A stretch of DNA of 64,000 nt, from the NCBI GenBank assembly GCA_019247075.1, contig JAFAPR010000008.1, positions 3,074 to 67,073 of the forward strand. Direction: 5' to 3'. The notes below the pieces were generated by a model. It searched no databases. It had not been told where the DNA came from and worked only from the letters and a program-made list of their open reading frames with translations. Shown here in pieces: positions 48,663 through 58,238 of this stretch. Made by a program: the position numbers and the translations under genes. The stretch comes from Solirubrobacterales bacterium (lineage in GTDB: Bacteria; Actinomycetota; Thermoleophilia; Solirubrobacterales; Solirubrobacteraceae). The first letter of the stretch is position 1, and every line of letters begins with the position of its first letter.

Positions 48663-50369
48663 CTAAGCGCCCCCGCGCGCGGCTGCGGCGTTCGCGGCCC
48701 AGTAGCGATTCAACCTTCGCGCGTGCGCCGCCGCGTACCTGTGCAACCCCTCCAGCAGGCTCACCTCGGTCGGCGAGAGGCCAGGATGCCAGAGGTCGGC
48801 GATCAGGACGATCCGCTCCTCGGCGGTGTGGTTCCAAGCCTCGTGCTCGAAGTGATCGTCGAACACCAGGCACTTCCCTTCCTCCCACCGGCGCGTCACA
48901 TCGCCGACGCGGATTGCACAGTCTCCTTCCGGAACCGTAATGCCCAGATGGCACCTCACTCGCAGGTTCGTGGGGCCGTGGTGGGCATCGATGTGTGTGC
49001 CGGCCCGCATCCGGGACACATAGATCAACCCGGCCATCGTGCGGACCGTGCCGTGACCCTCGATACCGCGTGTAGTCACAGGGCATGCCTCGCAAACTTC
49101 GTCGTGCCGGCGACCGCGCTCGTAGAAGAACGCAACGTCCCAGTCTCCCGATCGCTTTATCCGCTCGGACTCACGGTGAAAGCGCCAGGGATCCAATGAG
49201 ATGACCTCCTCACGGATCGCCGCGAAGTGCGACTCGAGGAATGCCACGAGCGGAAAGTCACTCGGGTGCAGCCACGGCTCACCGGAGAGTTCAGGGTAGA
49301 TCCCCCCGAATGCCGACGCATCGCCCTCGGCGAGCCTCTCGATGTACCGGTGAAAGCGCCTCCTGCCCGGGCCCGGCTGCGGTGAGGTCGGCTTTGCGCC
49401 TGGGCGTCGATCGCCGCGAGGAGAGCGCAAAGCGGCTTCACGCATCACTCTCGCGAGCAACTCGCCCGGGTGCCCGGCAATCGTCGCCGAGGCACAAATT
49501 TCCTGCGCTCGTGGATCGCCGAGCGCCTCCGCCAGCTCCGACCACTGCTCGAAGCTCAGGCGCTTGTCCCAGGCGGCCCCCAGCCGGAGGAGCCGCTCTC
49601 GTGCATGGTGAGCCCACCGCCTCGCCAATTCAACATCGCTCCTGCAAACGGCGAGGTACGCCAGCCATACGCGGGGCTCCGCGATAACCGGGCACGCCGA
49701 GGCCGCCAGCGCCAGACGATCCGCTTTCTGCGCAAGCGAATCAGCGGAGCCAACTCCGGCCCCGTAATTCCGGCAGGCGAGCTCTTCCTCGGCTGCGGAG
49801 AGCCCGGCCAGCTGCGCGAGGAACAGCGGCAGCACGATCGTTTCGCTATCGACCAACAGCTCCGCCCAGTCCCGCACCTTCGCCAGCCAGATCCCCGGCG
49901 CACCGCCCCTGGCGCGAGCCTGCTCTGCCAGGTTGGCCATGTGGAGAAGAACGAGCGCGTCAAGCTCGCCCTTGGTGGGGGCGGCCTCGAGAGCGCCGTC
50001 CAGCGGTACACGGGCCCACCGATACGTTCCGGCCAGCAGTGGACCGCGTGGGACCGCCGAGAAAAGGTAGGCGATCCGCTCGGCCCGAGCGCCGGCTAGC
50101 TCGCTGATCTCAGCTCGCCGAGAGACATCAATGAGCTGACGGCTGTAGCGGTCGGTGCCGTAAACGCTGTGAAGAAGCGCCGCGTGCGCCAGCCATTCAG
50201 GCTGTCCCCAGCGGCGCACGATCGCGCAAGTCTCGAGGAGATGGTCGAGCAGTGACCGCCCCGCCGCATGACGCAGCTCGCCGGCGCCCTCGTCGTCCAG
50301 GAATCCGACCAACGATGAACCGGAGGGGTCCGCGCCGTGGCGCCCGGTGATGGAAGCGCCGCCCGGCAC
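48663..50369 (-). CDS. DUF6817-like HD domain fused to an aspartyl/asparaginyl beta-hydroxylase domain
   Basis: N: H..GRSLLDHL...WG...AALLHSVYGT; C: HHGPTNLRVRCHLGI, FDDHFEHEAWN, RIVLIADLWHP. Confidence 0.82.
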   Translation of the reverse strand: MPGGASITGRHGADPSGSSLVGFLDDEGAGELRHAAGRSLLDHLLETCAIVRRWGQPEWLAHAALLHSVYGTDRYSRQLIDVSRRAEISELAGARAERIAYLFSAVPRGPLLAGTYRWARVPLDGALEAAPTKGELDALVLLHMANLAEQARARGGAPGIWLAKVRDWAELLVDSETIVLPLFLAQLAGLSAAEEELACRNYGAGVGSADSLAQKADRLALAASACPVIAEPRVWLAYLAVCRSDVELARRWAHHARERLLRLGAAWDKRLSFEQWSELAEALGDPRAQEICASATIAGHPGELLARVMREAALRSPRGDRRPGAKPTSPQPGPGRRRFHRYIERLAEGDASAFGGIYPELSGEPWLHPSDFPLVAFLESHFAAIREEVISLDPWRFHRESERIKRSGDWDVAFFYERGRRHDEVCEACPVTTRGIEGHGTVRTMAGLIYVSRMRAGTHIDAHHGPTNLRVRCHLGITVPEGDCAIRVGDVTRRWEEGKCLVFDDHFEHEAWNHTAEERIVLIADLWHPGLSPTEVSLLEGLHRYAAAHARRLNRYWAANAAAARGGA

Positions 50370-52691
50370 CTAGTGCAGAGCCGGCGACGGTCGAGCCCGC
50401 CCATGGCGAGTCTGCGCTTCGGCGACCAGAGCGCGGGCGGCCGCTTCGATTTGCTCTTCTCCGAGCAGAACATGGTTTGCCGCTTCCCCCAGCGGTACGA
50501 ACGAGTCCTCGCTGTTGAGCCTGGAAACCGATCCGTCAAAGCGAGCGTCGACGAGAGCGCTGACGATGCCCTCGGACACTCCGCCGCTGCGACGGGTTTC
50601 GTCGACGATCAGGACGCGCCCCGACAGCTCGGCCTCGCGAATGATGTCCGCGATCGGTAGCGGCACCAGCCAGCGCGTGTCAACGACCCTCGCCTCGATC
50701 CCGTCCTCCGCGAGCCGGTGCTGTACCCGAAGCGACATGTGAGTGCCGTTGCCGAACGTCACGATCGTGAGATCACGACCATCGCCGTGCACTCGTGCCG
50801 ACCCCACCGCCACGTGCTCGTCTGGCCACTGGCCGGGAAGGGGATACGGCGCCAGCCACGCCCTGTCGTTCGCGTTGAGCAGATCACGGGTGTGGTAAAG
50901 CGCGATCGGCTCCAGAAACACGCAGACGGACCCGTCGACCGAGGCGGCCGCCAAGCAGGTTCGGAGCATTGCCGCGGCGTCATCGGGGCGCGAAGGCGAT
51001 GCCACGACCAACCCCGGTATATCGCGAAGGACCCCTACCGCGTTGTCATTGTGAAAATGGCCACCGAACCCTTTTTGGTAGGCGTATCCCGCGATCCGGA
51101 TAACCATGGGATTGTGGTACTGACCGTTCGAGAAGAACGGCAGCGTGGATGCCTCACCTCGGAGCTGATCCTCGGCGTTGTGAAGGTACGCCAGATACTG
51201 GATCTCGGGAACAGGTAGCAGTCCCGAGACACCACACCCGAGCGCGACGCCAAGGATCGTCTGCTCGTCGAGCAGTGTGTCGAACACGCGGCTGACGCCG
51301 AAGCGCCGCTGCAGGCCGCGGGTCACCCCGTAGACCCCCCCCTTGCGACCAACGTCCTCGCCGAACACGAGCAGTTCGGGTCGAGCGGCGAGCGCGTCTG
51401 CGAGCGTCCGGTTGATCGCATCAGCCAGGGTCAGGGGTCCGGCGTCTTCGGGGAGTCGACCCGCAAACACACGTCGCCGCACCTCCGGAGTCGCTGCCCG
51501 GGCCGCATCGGCCGCGACGTCTGCGGGCCTCCGTCGAGCGATGGGCTTCATCACCTCGCGAGCGCTCGACAGGCGAGGATGAGTGCTCGCCTCATCGGCA
51601 AGCCCGCGGACTTCGGCCGCGACCGCACCGTATTGGTCAAGTAAATCTCGCGGCCCAGCGATACCGGCGTCAACCAGGACGCGCGCCGCGCTGGTGAGCG
51701 GATCGCGCGAGAGATCCGCGGTGATCTCGGCATCGCTGCGGTAGCCAATCTCGGCGTCGGTCCCGGCATGGGCCAGGAAGCGAACGCAGGACAAATGCAG
51801 AAAAGCTGGCCGCCGCGAGCCGCGCACATATTCCGCGGCGGCAACGGCTGTGTCGTATGTGCCAGGGATATCGGCCCCGTCGGCGCTGAAGTAGCGCATA
51901 TGGCGACGTGACGAGCGCGCCGTCTTGATCCAATCGATCGGCGTGCGGACGCTGATGCCGAAGCCGTTGTCCTCGCAGCAGAACAGCAGTGGCATCCGTA
52001 GGCCCTGGTAGACCGTGTGCTCCGCGGCGTTCAGCGCACCAACCGCGGTCGAGTGGTTCAGCGTCGCATCGCCAAAAGAGCACACCACGACCGCGTCAGA
52101 TGGCCAAGCGCAGGGCTGCTTGAGTCGATGTGCCCGCTCAATCGCAAACGCGACGCCTACCGCACGAGGGAGGTGAGAGGCAATCGTGGACGTTTGCGGA
52201 ATTACGGCGAGGGCGGCATTGCCGAATACCTTGTGGCGTCCTCCCGCGATCGGCTCGTCTGCGGCGGCAACCAGACCGAGCAGCACATCGCGCAGCGGAG
52301 TCGATCCGGGGACCTGTTGAGCGCGGGCGCAGTAAAAGCCGCCGGAGCGATAGTGCAGGAGCGCCGGGTCGGTTGGGCGCAACGCCGCCGCGATCGCAGC
52401 GTTGCTCTCGTGTCCGGCTGAAGCGATCGTGTAGAGGCCGGGCCCCTCGGCGCGCAGGTAACGTGCGGCGAGATCCAGATGCCTGCTGGCCAGCATCGCC
52501 TCGAACAAGGCGGTCGCTTGCCGTCCCGTCAATCTCGTGTGGGGGCGAACCGGACGGTCGAGATCCACGTCGGCGCGCTGCCCGGACCATGCGCTGACTT
52601 GCTCGCGGAAGTGCCGGTCCAGCTCCTGTTCTGGTCGATCGATGGCAGTCATGAAAGCAGGGGGCAAACGCGGCGCCGGTCGCCGCGGCAT
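50370..52691 (-). CDS. Fused alpha/beta ThDP-dependent 2-oxoacid dehydrogenase E1
   Basis: GHE, LHYRSG, TSTIASH, FGDA...EDN, GEDV..KGGVY, FDTLLDE, EIQY, GHFHN. Confidence 0.9.
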   Translation of the reverse strand: MPRRPAPRLPPAFMTAIDRPEQELDRHFREQVSAWSGQRADVDLDRPVRPHTRLTGRQATALFEAMLASRHLDLAARYLRAEGPGLYTIASAGHESNAAIAAALRPTDPALLHYRSGGFYCARAQQVPGSTPLRDVLLGLVAAADEPIAGGRHKVFGNAALAVIPQTSTIASHLPRAVGVAFAIERAHRLKQPCAWPSDAVVVCSFGDATLNHSTAVGALNAAEHTVYQGLRMPLLFCCEDNGFGISVRTPIDWIKTARSSRRHMRYFSADGADIPGTYDTAVAAAEYVRGSRRPAFLHLSCVRFLAHAGTDAEIGYRSDAEITADLSRDPLTSAARVLVDAGIAGPRDLLDQYGAVAAEVRGLADEASTHPRLSSAREVMKPIARRRPADVAADAARAATPEVRRRVFAGRLPEDAGPLTLADAINRTLADALAARPELLVFGEDVGRKGGVYGVTRGLQRRFGVSRVFDTLLDEQTILGVALGCGVSGLLPVPEIQYLAYLHNAEDQLRGEASTLPFFSNGQYHNPMVIRIAGYAYQKGFGGHFHNDNAVGVLRDIPGLVVASPSRPDDAAAMLRTCLAAASVDGSVCVFLEPIALYHTRDLLNANDRAWLAPYPLPGQWPDEHVAVGSARVHGDGRDLTIVTFGNGTHMSLRVQHRLAEDGIEARVVDTRWLVPLPIADIIREAELSGRVLIVDETRRSGGVSEGIVSALVDARFDGSVSRLNSEDSFVPLGEAANHVLLGEEQIEAAARALVAEAQTRHGRARPSPALH

Positions 52692-52694
52692 CGC

Positions 52695-54248
52695 TCACCC
52701 AAACTCGACCCCCTGCGCCAGCGGCAGCTCGTCTGAGTAGTTGATCGTGTTGGTGGCGCGGCGCATATAGGCCCGCCAGGCGTCGGACCCTGATTCGCGC
52801 CCGCCTCCGGTCGATTTCTCGCCGCCGAACGCCCCGCCGATCTCGGCTCCAGAGGTCCCGATGTTGACGTTGATGATCCCGCAGTCCGAGCCGTCAGCGG
52901 CCAGGAAGCGCTCGGCTTCCCGCTGGTCGCGGGTGAAGATGCTCGAGGAGAGCCCCTGAGGGACGCCGTTGTGGAGGGCGATCGCGTCCTCGAGCTCGCC
53001 ATAAGTCATGGCGTAGAGGATCGGCGCGAACGTCTCGCGTTGCACCAGTTCCGTCTGTGTGGGCATGTGGACGACCGCCGGCTCCACGTAGTAGGCCTCC
53101 GGATGGCCGGCAACCGGGCGGCGGCCGCCGCCTACCAGGAGCTCACCGCCGTCCGCACGCGCCCGCTCGAGCGCCTCGACCATGCCGCGGTGGGCGCGCT
53201 CGTTGATGAGCGGGCCGACCAGGGTGCCTTCGGCCAGAGGATCGCCGATCGGCAGCCGCTCGTAGGCGGCGCGCAGCCCGGACAGGAGCTCGTCGGCAAT
53301 GTCCTCGTGGACGATCACACGACGGAGGCTCGTACAGCGCTGGCCGGCGGTTCCCGCCGCGGCGAAAACGATTCCCCTGGCAGCTAGCTCGCGGTCGGCG
53401 GAGGGCGCCACTACTGCCGCGTTGTTTCCCCCCAGCTCGAGCAGGAAGCGACCCATCCTGGCCGCGACTCGCGGTGCGACCTGCGCACCCATCCGCTCCG
53501 AGCCGGTCGCGCTGACGAGCGAGATGTCGCGGCTGTCGACCAGCGCCTGGCCCTCCTCCGCGTCAGCGAGCACGAGTTGGTGCAGTCCGTCCGGCGCCCC
53601 GCAGTCGGCGATCGCGCGCTCAAGCAGCCACGAGCAGGCGAGCGAGGTCAGCGGCGTCATCGGCGAGGGCTTCCAGACGACGCTGTCGCCGCAGACGAGG
53701 GCGACCGCCGTGTTCCACGACCACACGGCGGCGGGGAAGTTGAAGGCCGAGATCACGGCGACCACCCCGAGCGGGTGCCAGGTTTCCATCAGCCGGTGGC
53801 GTGGCCTCTCCGAGGGCATTGTCCGGCCCTCGAGTTGGCGTGAAAGACCGAGCGCGAAGTCACAGATGTCGATCACCTCTTGGACCTCGCCCAAGGCCTC
53901 GGAGCTGATCTTCCCCGCCTCGATCGAGATCAGCTCGGCGACGTCGTGCTTGTGCTCGGTCATCAGCGTTCCGAACCGCTTCACGAGGGCCCCGCGAACC
54001 GGCGCCGGCACGGTGCGCCACTTCGCAAAGGCCGCTTTGGCCGCGGCGATCGCGGCTTCGATCTCGGCGCGCCCCGCCCCCTGCACCTCGAACAGGTCCT
54101 CGCCCGTGATCGGCGAGCGCGCGCTCATGCGCGGGCCGGCCCCGAGCGACAACCGCACTCCGCAACGCTCGAGACTCCCGCTAGCCCTGGCGCGGAGGTC
54201 GTCCGTCGAGGAGACGGATAGCTCCTGTGTGGCGGTAGTCGAACTCAC
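52695..54248 (-). CDS. ALDH7-type aldehyde dehydrogenase (alpha-aminoadipate semialdehyde / P6C dehydrogenase)
   Basis: GEVQEVIDICDFALGLSRQL, ISAFNFP, GTAGQRCT, ETFAPIL, GAEIGGAFGGEK.TGGGRESGSD. Confidence 0.9.
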   Translation of the reverse strand: MSSTTATQELSVSSTDDLRARASGSLERCGVRLSLGAGPRMSARSPITGEDLFEVQGAGRAEIEAAIAAAKAAFAKWRTVPAPVRGALVKRFGTLMTEHKHDVAELISIEAGKISSEALGEVQEVIDICDFALGLSRQLEGRTMPSERPRHRLMETWHPLGVVAVISAFNFPAAVWSWNTAVALVCGDSVVWKPSPMTPLTSLACSWLLERAIADCGAPDGLHQLVLADAEEGQALVDSRDISLVSATGSERMGAQVAPRVAARMGRFLLELGGNNAAVVAPSADRELAARGIVFAAAGTAGQRCTSLRRVIVHEDIADELLSGLRAAYERLPIGDPLAEGTLVGPLINERAHRGMVEALERARADGGELLVGGGRRPVAGHPEAYYVEPAVVHMPTQTELVQRETFAPILYAMTYGELEDAIALHNGVPQGLSSSIFTRDQREAERFLAADGSDCGIINVNIGTSGAEIGGAFGGEKSTGGGRESGSDAWRAYMRRATNTINYSDELPLAQGVEFG

Positions 54249-54312
54249 TGGATTCTCCGTAGGTTTCGGATTGAGATGTAGTTCAGTGTGCTTCGTGTAG
54301 GGCCCAGCTTGC

Positions 54313-55476
54313 CTAGACGACGTTGTACTCGGGGCGCAGTGCGGTGGTATCAAAGCGCTCGACGGCGAGGGGCGAGATGTCGACGAAAGTCGGGCGCTGC
54401 AGAACCAGGTCACGCAGGATCTCGCCGACGGCAGGGGCCTGGAGGAACCCGTGCCCGGAGAAGCCGGTGGCGTAGAGGAAGCGCGATACGCCCTCCGCCT
54501 CCCCGATGATCGCGTTGCGGTCTGGCGTCATCTCGTAGAGCCCGGCCCAGCCGCCGCGGATGCCGGCGTCCGCGAGCCGCGGCGCGCGCCGCCGGACCAC
54601 GTCCATCAAGCCGGGGATCCAGTCATCGGTGGTCTCGACACTGAAGCCGGGCTTCTCGTGTGGATCTGACATTCCCATCAAAACGCCGAGGCCTTCGCGG
54701 TGGAAATAGAAACTTGATTCGAAGTCGATCGTCATGGGGAGGTGGGCCGGCATACCGCCGATCCCCTCGGTGAACAGGATTTGGCGCCGCAGCGGCGTGA
54801 CCGGCAGGTGCACGCCGACCATAGCGCCACAGCTTCGCGACCAGGCGCCGGCGGCGCAGGTCACGGTGGTCGTCTCGATCGAGCCCTGGTCGGTGACCAC
54901 CGCGGTGATCTCGTCGCCGCTGGTCTCGATGTCGAGCACCTCGCAGTTGAGGCGGATGTCCGCGCCATGGGCGCGGGCCGCGGAGGCGTACCCCTGGACG
55001 ACTCCCTCGGGAGTGGCGTGGCCGTCGCCGGGCGAGAACGCGCCGGCGAGGATGTCGTCCCCCTCCACCAGCGGGCACAGCCCGCGGGCTTCACCTGCCG
55101 TGACCCTCCGGGAATCGAGCCCGCGCTCGTTCTGAAGCGCGACGCTGCGCTGGAACTCCTCGACGTCTGACTCGCGGCTCAGGACAAACAGGTACCCGAC
55201 GTGCCTGAGGTCTATATCCCAGCCGGGCCGCCGGGCGAAGTCGCGAAACGCGTCCAGGCTGCGCCGGGCGATCTCGACGTTCAGCGCGTCCGAGAACTGG
55301 GTGCGCACGCCCCCGGCGGCTCGGGACGTGGACCCGCTTCCCAGGTGTGCCCGCTCGAGGAGCACGACCTCGACGCCGGCCTCCGCCAGATGGAAGGCAG
55401 CGCTTGAACCGATGACGCCGCCACCGATGACGACCACGGCCGCCGAAGTCGGGAGGGGTGAGTCCTGACGGCGCAT
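54313..55476 (-). CDS. FAD-dependent oxidoreductase (DAO / sarcosine-oxidase-beta family)
   Basis: IGGGVIG, GSTSRAAGG, WAGLYEMTPD, GFSGHGF. Confidence 0.9.
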   Translation of the reverse strand: MRRQDSPLPTSAAVVVIGGGVIGSSAAFHLAEAGVEVVLLERAHLGSGSTSRAAGGVRTQFSDALNVEIARRSLDAFRDFARRPGWDIDLRHVGYLFVLSRESDVEEFQRSVALQNERGLDSRRVTAGEARGLCPLVEGDDILAGAFSPGDGHATPEGVVQGYASAARAHGADIRLNCEVLDIETSGDEITAVVTDQGSIETTTVTCAAGAWSRSCGAMVGVHLPVTPLRRQILFTEGIGGMPAHLPMTIDFESSFYFHREGLGVLMGMSDPHEKPGFSVETTDDWIPGLMDVVRRRAPRLADAGIRGGWAGLYEMTPDRNAIIGEAEGVSRFLYATGFSGHGFLQAPAVGEILRDLVLQRPTFVDISPLAVERFDTTALRPEYNVV

Positions 55477-55580
55477 CGACCGCGAATCGTAGGCGGGGCG
55501 CCGCGGGCGTCTGCCGAGGCCCCACCGGGCGTGCGCGCGCAGCCGCGCGGCACCGGCCGTCCTCGCTTTAGACTGGCGGA

Positions 55581-58238
55581 GTGCGGTACCGGGCCGTGGT
55601 GGCCATCGTCACAGTCGTGATCGCGAGCGTCGTGACGGCGGCGTCTCCGGCCACCTCGACCGGAGGGCAGTCTGGGAGCAGGCGCCCCGGATCCAACCTG
55701 CTTCGCAACGGCGGCGCCACGGTGGGCGCCGCCTCGGCGCAGGGATGGGACAGCGTCACGATCCCGGGCTGGCAGGTCGTGCGCGGACTGCCGAGCGTCG
55801 TACGGTATGGCACCCGGAGGTTTCCGACTGAGAGCCACGCTCGCGGACGCCCGCGGCGCCTGTTTGCGGGCGGCGCCGGGGGTTCGGCGATCCTCACGCA
55901 GAACGTGTCGCTGCGCTCGCCACGCGGCGCGCTGCTGGCCAACGGCACGCGTTACCGGTTGACAGCGTGGCTCGGTGGGACCGCAACCAGCGACGCGTCA
56001 CTGACAACGATCTTCCTTTCGCGCGCGGGCAAAGTCCTCGGCCGGCGCAGGATCGGGCCGGTCGGCCGCGCGACCACGGCGCGGCTCGAAGAACGGATGG
56101 TCTCCGGCGCGCTGCCGGAGGGGTCGACGAGCGCCAGGGTCGTGCTGCGCCTTGCGACGTCGCTCAAGAACTATGACGGACCTTCCGCTCCGACGGTCGG
56201 CTACAACCGAGCGGTCGCCGGGCGGCTGGGCTTCTCGGTGTCGGCCAGGGTCCGGACCACGCCGCGCCTCATCCCTGCGCCCGCGCACGTGCCGCGGTTC
56301 GACCACGTGTTCCTGTTCATGTTCGAGAACCAGGACTTTCGCAGCGTGATCGGCAACCGCAAGCAAGCGCCGTACATCAACAGCCTTCTGCCCCACGGCT
56401 CGCTGTTGACGAACCTGTTCGCAGAAGAGCACCCCAGCGACGGGAACTACCTGGCAATTGCGGGCGGGAGCGTGTTCGGGATACCACTCACCAATCCGCT
56501 CGAGATCAACCCCCGCTACACCATCCATCGCAGGAACATCGGCGATCTGATCAATGCCGCGCACGAGACGTGGCGTGCCTACCTCCAGACCGCTGCCGGA
56601 CCCTGCGACGACACCGTCCACGGCTACTACTGGAACGACGACCTTCCGTTTCTGTACTTCCCCGACATTCGCGATCGGCCGGCGTACTGCGCCTCGCACG
56701 TGGTCCCGCTCGAGGCTATGCGAGCCGACCTCGCGAGCGCCAAGACGACGCCGAACTTCGCGTGGATCGCCGCCGACGACTGCAGCGACATGGAGGGCTG
56801 CGGCTTACGCAAGGGCGATCTATTCCTCGCCCACACGCTCGGCGAAATTCTGCGCTCGCCGGCTTGGCGAACGCAGCGGTCGCTCGCCATCATCACCATG
56901 GACGAGGACGCCTACAACCACGAGCGTCCACCGCAGCTGGTGCCGACGCTCGTGCTGGGCTCGCGCGCGGTGCGCCGGGGGTTCGTCTCTGGAGTCCGCT
57001 ACACCCACTACAGCCTGCTGCGGACGGTCGAGGCCGCCCTGCGCCTGGGCACGCTGACCCGCAACGACCGTTACGCCCAGCCGCTAAACGACGTTTTCGA
57101 CGCACACGCGCGCGGCAGCTTCTCGCTCGTATCTGCCGGGGCCGGCGCCGCCCCGCCGGCCGTCCGGCGGCACGCAGCGACCGCTTCAGCTGTCCGGGGA
57201 TCCGCCCGGACGGCCGCTGCGCCGCAAGACACGGCGCTAGTGGCCAACTACAGCTCCGGCACCGTCACGCCGGTATCGCTCTCCACGCACAAGGCGCGCA
57301 AGCCGATCGCGGTCGGCTCAGGACCGGACGCGATCGCGCTTGCCCCGAACGAGCGTACCGCATACGTCGCCAACAGCGGCTCGGCGACCGTCACGCCGAT
57401 CGACACGACGACGATGACAGCCCGGCGCCCGATCCCCGTCGGCTCTGACCCCACCGCGATCGCGGTCACCCCGGACGGACGCACCGCGTACGTCGTCGAC
57501 GCGGGCTCGAACGCGGTCACGCCGATCGACACCACTACCGGCCGGGCGCGATCCCCGATCCCCGTCGGCGCCTACCCGCGCTCGATCGCGCTCGCGCCAG
57601 GGGGGCGCACCGCTTACGTGCTCGACTGGGGCGGCGCCTCGGTCACCCCGCTGCACCTGGCGACCGGCAGGGCCGGGCCTCCGATCCGAGTCGGCTCCTA
57701 CCCCGCTGCGATCGCCTTCTCGTTCGACGGAGCGAAGGCGTACGTGGCCAACTACGGCTCGAGCACCGTCACCCCGGTCAGCACAGCGACGGGCCGTGCC
57801 GGCAGCGCGATCGCGGTCGGTCAGGCCCCGAACGCGCTCGCGTTCATCCCCCATACAGGGAAGCTGCTGGTGGTCAGCGGCGACACCAGCTCGGTCACCC
57901 CCGTTGACACCTCGAGCGGGCGAGCGCGGCGTGGAATACGTGTCGGATACTCGCCCGAAGCGATCGCGTTCGCGCCAGGCGGCGCGACGGCGTGGGTGGC
58001 CAGCACGATCGCTGGCACCGTGACCCCCATCTCCACTCGCGGCGCCCGCGGCGGCAGGCCCATCTCGGTTGGTATCTACGCCTACCCAACCTCGATTACG
58101 TTCGCCCCCGGCAGCGCCACTGCGGTGGTGCTCGATACCTACGCCGGCAGGGTCTCGCTGGTGGACACACGCACGCGCCGCGCGGCGCGAGCGATCAAGG
58201 TAGGCGGCTACCCAGACGCGGTGGCTATCACCCGTTGA
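55581..58238 (+). CDS. Secreted phosphoesterase (SapM/acid-phosphatase-like) with N-terminal beta-domain and C-terminal YVTN beta-propeller
   Basis: Signal peptide; FMFENQD, HPSDGNY, TMDED, HYSLLRT; about eight I.VG..P..IA..P.G..AYV repeats. Confidence 0.87.
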   Translation: MRYRAVVAIVTVVIASVVTAASPATSTGGQSGSRRPGSNLLRNGGATVGAASAQGWDSVTIPGWQVVRGLPSVVRYGTRRFPTESHARGRPRRLFAGGAGGSAILTQNVSLRSPRGALLANGTRYRLTAWLGGTATSDASLTTIFLSRAGKVLGRRRIGPVGRATTARLEERMVSGALPEGSTSARVVLRLATSLKNYDGPSAPTVGYNRAVAGRLGFSVSARVRTTPRLIPAPAHVPRFDHVFLFMFENQDFRSVIGNRKQAPYINSLLPHGSLLTNLFAEEHPSDGNYLAIAGGSVFGIPLTNPLEINPRYTIHRRNIGDLINAAHETWRAYLQTAAGPCDDTVHGYYWNDDLPFLYFPDIRDRPAYCASHVVPLEAMRADLASAKTTPNFAWIAADDCSDMEGCGLRKGDLFLAHTLGEILRSPAWRTQRSLAIITMDEDAYNHERPPQLVPTLVLGSRAVRRGFVSGVRYTHYSLLRTVEAALRLGTLTRNDRYAQPLNDVFDAHARGSFSLVSAGAGAAPPAVRRHAATASAVRGSARTAAAPQDTALVANYSSGTVTPVSLSTHKARKPIAVGSGPDAIALAPNERTAYVANSGSATVTPIDTTTMTARRPIPVGSDPTAIAVTPDGRTAYVVDAGSNAVTPIDTTTGRARSPIPVGAYPRSIALAPGGRTAYVLDWGGASVTPLHLATGRAGPPIRVGSYPAAIAFSFDGAKAYVANYGSSTVTPVSTATGRAGSAIAVGQAPNALAFIPHTGKLLVVSGDTSSVTPVDTSSGRARRGIRVGYSPEAIAFAPGGATAWVASTIAGTVTPISTRGARGGRPISVGIYAYPTSITFAPGSATAVVLDTYAGRVSLVDTRTRRAARAIKVGGYPDAVAITR

